A stretch of DNA of 8,303 nucleotides. Origin: Candidatus Wukongarchaeum yapensis. Its GTDB lineage: Archaea; Asgardarchaeota; Wukongarchaeia; Wukongarchaeales; Wukongarchaeaceae. The stretch lies in the NCBI GenBank assembly GCA_016840425.1, contig JAEOSI010000087.1, forward strand, positions 1 through 8,303, written 5' to 3'. Below the pieces are notes generated by a model that worked only from the letters and a program-made list of their open reading frames with translations, did not search any database and had not been told where the DNA came from. How positions within the stretch are numbered: the first letter of the stretch is position 1; the number at the start of each line of letters is the position of its first letter. Positions 5,447 through 8,303 of the stretch are shown piece by piece. The position numbers and the translations under genes are program-made.

Positions 5447-7615
5447 TTAAGTTTTTGTTTTTTCCTTTTTTAGTGCCGGGCATGTTTCCCTCTCATCACA
5501 CTTCCAACACCAAGTTTTACAACCCGCACATATCTCAAAAACACGATCATCCCTATACCAATACAGCAGCTTAGACCCGCATTTTGGACACAAATTTTTC
5601 CCTATCTTGATCTTTTTTTCACGGGGAAGGGGAAATATCCAATTGCAAGAAGGATAACCAGAACACCCTACAAACCTTTTTTCACCCACTTTTTTTGCTA
5701 TAAGGTTTTCACCGCAAATTGGACACTGTCCTACTTTTTTTAATTTTACCTCTTTACCTTTCTCTTCGGCTATCGATTTATTCATTTCTTCGGCGTAGGC
5801 TGATATGTTTTTAGAAAAAGTGAGAAATATTTCGCCGATTTTTTCCCTTGCCTCGCTAACAACTTGCTCATATGTTAGATCTCCTTCTGAGATCTTACTG
5901 ATCTGTCTTTCTATGTAAGCCCTGATTTCCGGGTCTACGAGCATAGCAACAGACTTTTTTAAAGATCGAATTAACGCTACACCTCTCCCCGTAGGCTCTA
6001 TAAACCTTGATTTACCTTTCAATATGCGGAAATAAGAACGTTTTATGTTAGTTTGAATATGTTGAGGTATGGTAGCATCCGTACCAAGCCCCAGCTTATC
6101 CATGAGACGTATAAGCTCTGATTCCCGAAGAAGTTTCGGAGGAGTTGTTTTCCCAGCTTTAAGCTGTATCTTATCAACAAAAACCATATCTCCAACTTTT
6201 AATTCCTTTTTTGGCAAAAAAATTTCACTAACCTTTTGATACGGATATATTTCAAGGAACCCCTCCTTAATTATTCTAAGACCCGTAATCTTGAATCCTT
6301 CCCCTTTTACCGTAAACTGTACATTACCTCGCTTTAATTCTGCTGAATCGCTCAAAGTTGCCAAGAAATGCCGCGTAACAAGCTCATAAACAGCCCAAGC
6401 AACGGCACTTATTTTCTTTAATTCTGGCATATTTTGAAGAACACTTTTTTCTACGGCGGTTGTGGGGTGTATTGGCGGATGTGCCTTATCATCCCTCTTA
6501 CCGAAAGTTGGTTTTAAAGGCTTTTTAAGCAAGTTTTGTTCGATATAGTTTCCCCAAACAGAGTGAGGTTTATGATCCGAAAGAATTTTGTTAAGATCTA
6601 ACGAAGCTGGATATTTTTCCGTTTCTGTACGGGGATAACTAATAATACCCGCGTTATAGAGCGCTTCTGCTGAATACATGCATTTTTCGCTTGAAATGTT
6701 TAGGATCTGGGTTGCTAGTTGTGTTAAAGTTATAGTGTTCATAGGCTTTGGTGGTCTCATCATATTCTTTTTTTCAGTAACTGATTTTACAAAAGCCTCT
6801 TTTTCATCTTTAATCCGGTTATAAGCTTCTACCGCTTTTTCCTTCTCAAAAGCCCTCCCCTCAGCCCAATCAGCTTCAAACACTTCCCCATTAATTTTCA
6901 AAAAAGCTTTAAGAAACCAAAAATCTCGAGGGACAAATTCTTGGATAGATTCCCACCTATCGGCAACAAGACCGAGAGTTGGCGTTTGAACAGGTCCAAT
7001 ACTAATAATATCTTTACCCCTTATCTTACTATCAATAGACAAAGTAGCCTTTCTTGTAAAAGCCGCTCCAAGTCTCAGATCTATTTCCTGCCTAGCTTCC
7101 GCCGCATCACTAAGATTCCTATCAGGATCAATCAATGCTTTAAAACCGCTCATTACCTCTGGACGTGTAACTGCGCTGAACTTCATCCTTTTAACGTTTT
7201 TAATGCTCTTGTTAGCGTTTAAAACCATATTAAAAACTTCAACCCCTATGTTTTCCCCCTCCCTATCATAATCAGTCATAATTATTAGTTCCCTAGCGTT
7301 TTTCGCCTCTTTTTGAATATTTTTCACAACTTTCAAGTTCTCCTTAATTATTTTTTTAATCACAGGCGCATCAGTAATTAAAAAAAGAGGATCTACAGCC
7401 CTCCAACTGTTAAATTCATCAGGAAAATCACTTTCCAAAATGTGGCCCAAAACGCTTGTTATACGGTATTCATCCCCATTTAACTTGAAAGAGTATACGG
7501 GATTATACTTCGAAACTCCTTCAAACTTAGCCACCTTACCGCCACTAAGAATCTGGGAAATCCTACGAGCAACACTAGGCTTCTCAGCAACCCCTAAAAC
7601 ACAGCCATCAGCCAT
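5447..7615 (-). CDS. topA: DNA topoisomerase type IA (topoisomerase III-like) with C-terminal zinc ribbons
   Basis: TOPRIM motifs VAEKPSVA, SVLGH and TDYDREGENI. Core motifs RQEIDLRLG, GPVQTPTL, catalytic GIISY(327)PRTET, AHPPIHPT, YELVTRHFLA and GLGTDAT. zf-C4_Topoisom-type ribbon CPICG...GCSGYPSC. An SD-like GGTGG lies at 7625-7629 on the minus strand. Confidence 0.97.
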   Translation of the reverse strand: MADGCVLGVAEKPSVARRISQILSGGKVAKFEGVSKYNPVYSFKLNGDEYRITSVLGHILESDFPDEFNSWRAVDPLFLITDAPVIKKIIKENLKVVKNIQKEAKNARELIIMTDYDREGENIGVEVFNMVLNANKSIKNVKRMKFSAVTRPEVMSGFKALIDPDRNLSDAAEARQEIDLRLGAAFTRKATLSIDSKIRGKDIISIGPVQTPTLGLVADRWESIQEFVPRDFWFLKAFLKINGEVFEADWAEGRAFEKEKAVEAYNRIKDEKEAFVKSVTEKKNMMRPPKPMNTITLTQLATQILNISSEKCMYSAEALYNAGIISYPRTETEKYPASLDLNKILSDHKPHSVWGNYIEQNLLKKPLKPTFGKRDDKAHPPIHPTTAVEKSVLQNMPELKKISAVAWAVYELVTRHFLATLSDSAELKRGNVQFTVKGEGFKITGLRIIKEGFLEIYPYQKVSEIFLPKKELKVGDMVFVDKIQLKAGKTTPPKLLRESELIRLMDKLGLGTDATIPQHIQTNIKRSYFRILKGKSRFIEPTGRGVALIRSLKKSVAMLVDPEIRAYIERQISKISEGDLTYEQVVSEAREKIGEIFLTFSKNISAYAEEMNKSIAEEKGKEVKLKKVGQCPICGENLIAKKVGEKRFVGCSGYPSCNWIFPLPREKKIKIGKNLCPKCGSKLLYWYRDDRVFEICAGCKTWCWKCDERETCPALKKEKTKT

Positions 7616-7824
7616 ACCTTAAAACCACCAAATATATACAACCCAAAGTAAGTTTAAAAAAACTACCATAAAAACCTCCAAAAAATGATTTAAAATCTTT
7701 CAAATAAACCACAGAACTCCCCCCCACCTAAAACCATATTTTAAAACGATTAGAAAAATGAAGAAGAAAAAAAGAAAGCTTTTAAACAAAAAATCCCGCT
7801 TGTAGAAATCCCGAAAAGACATTA

Positions 7825-7868
7825 CAAAAAAATCAAAAATAACAGGCCCTTAAAAATAGCAGGCCTTT
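7825..7868 (-). terminator. Tandemly duplicated oligo-T terminator-like element downstream of the YbjN-like gene
   Basis: A 17-bp tandem repeat aaaaataacaggccctt (7835-7851) / aaaaatagcaggccttt (7852-7868), 15/17 identical. On the minus strand each unit ends in TTTTT and is followed by GATTTTTTT, directly after the stop at 7873. Confidence 0.5.
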
Positions 7869-7872
7869 TAAT

Positions 7873-8303
7873 CTATACATAGCTTGTATCCCGAACACTG
7901 AAATCTATTTTAGGCACAATCTCTGTCACAAAATGATGAATCCCAAAAGGAATACTGCCAAACTCAACCTTAAAATTCTCAAAAGACGAACCACAAGGCA
8001 TATCGACTTCAACCCAAACATTTCCTTGATCAGGGTCGGTACTGTAAGTCACTTCATTAAGTTCAAAGTTTGCATTTAAACATAAACGGTAAACTTTTTT
8101 CACCTCTGATCGGGGCATGTCAGCTACGTAGGCTATTAAAGCTTTAGCATTAATCCATTTTTCAGTCACTAAAACATGCACTTGAAACACATGATCTTCA
8201 ATACCGAAGTTTACTATTAGTCTATTTTCTCCCCCTACTTTGATTATGCCTTTGAGTTCCATTTCTTCTAGCCATGAATAAATTTTGTTTACGGTTTCTT
8301 CTA
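7873..8303 (-). CDS. YbjN / type III secretion chaperone (CesT-like) fold protein, 5'-truncated by the window edge
   Basis: The frame stays open upstream of ATG 8262 to the window end (…EETVNKIYSWLEE-MELKG…), so the true start is probably outside the window. The pattern helix, three beta strands, 'YRLCLNANFELNEVTYSTD..GNVWVEVDM' and a C-terminal helix fits the YbjN/T3SS chaperone fold. Confidence 0.62.
   Translation of the reverse strand, partial: EETVNKIYSWLEEMELKGIIKVGGENRLIVNFGIEDHVFQVHVLVTEKWINAKALIAYVADMPRSEVKKVYRLCLNANFELNEVTYSTDPDQGNVWVEVDMPCGSSFENFKVEFGSIPFGIHHFVTEIVPKIDFSVRDTSYV

Noticed and set aside
6941-7222. 93-aa plus-strand ORF
   Set aside because: It is antisense within the conserved topoisomerase core.
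7440-7622. 60-aa plus-strand ORF
   Set aside because: It is antisense to the TOPRIM domain of the topoisomerase.
7758-7805. Lys-rich mini-ORF MKKKKRKLLNKKSRL on the + strand (superficially eL41-like)
   Set aside because: It is explained by the poly-A composition. It does not match the eL41 pattern and has no SD or promoter context.
1-8303. tRNA, rRNA, C/D-box sRNA, IS element or provirus
   Set aside because: No cloverleaf, rRNA-like tract, convincing C/D box pair, transposase/integrase ORF or terminal inverted repeats were seen.

Overview
AT-rich archaeal chromosomal window, most likely from an Asgard archaeon. That assignment is inferred from a longin-fold protein, a strikingly eukaryote-like type IA topoisomerase and archaeal-type housekeeping families. 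It holds eight supported CDSs, in order: DUF362 protein (+); longin-domain/winged-helix protein (-); MTHFSD-type 5-formyl-THF cyclo-ligase paralog (+); a probable three-gene operon of a conserved archaeal hypothetical protein, a SEC59/dolichol-kinase-family protein and a UPF0104/AglD2 flippase-like protein (+); topoisomerase IA/III (-); and a YbjN/T3SS-chaperone-fold protein (-) that runs off the right edge. No rRNA, tRNA, CRISPR array or mobile element was seen. The most notable observations are (1) a Top3 with eukaryotic TOP3A/TOP3B-type signatures (GPVQ instead of GRVQ) and a 7-Cys tail, (2) the longin+wHTH eukaryotic-signature protein, (3) a diverged 47-bp direct repeat with 90-bp period in the divergent promoter region, and (4) several smaller non-coding structures, including an in-frame uORF with a strong Shine-Dalgarno site ahead of the topoisomerase. 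All family assignments come from motif recognition, not database searches.
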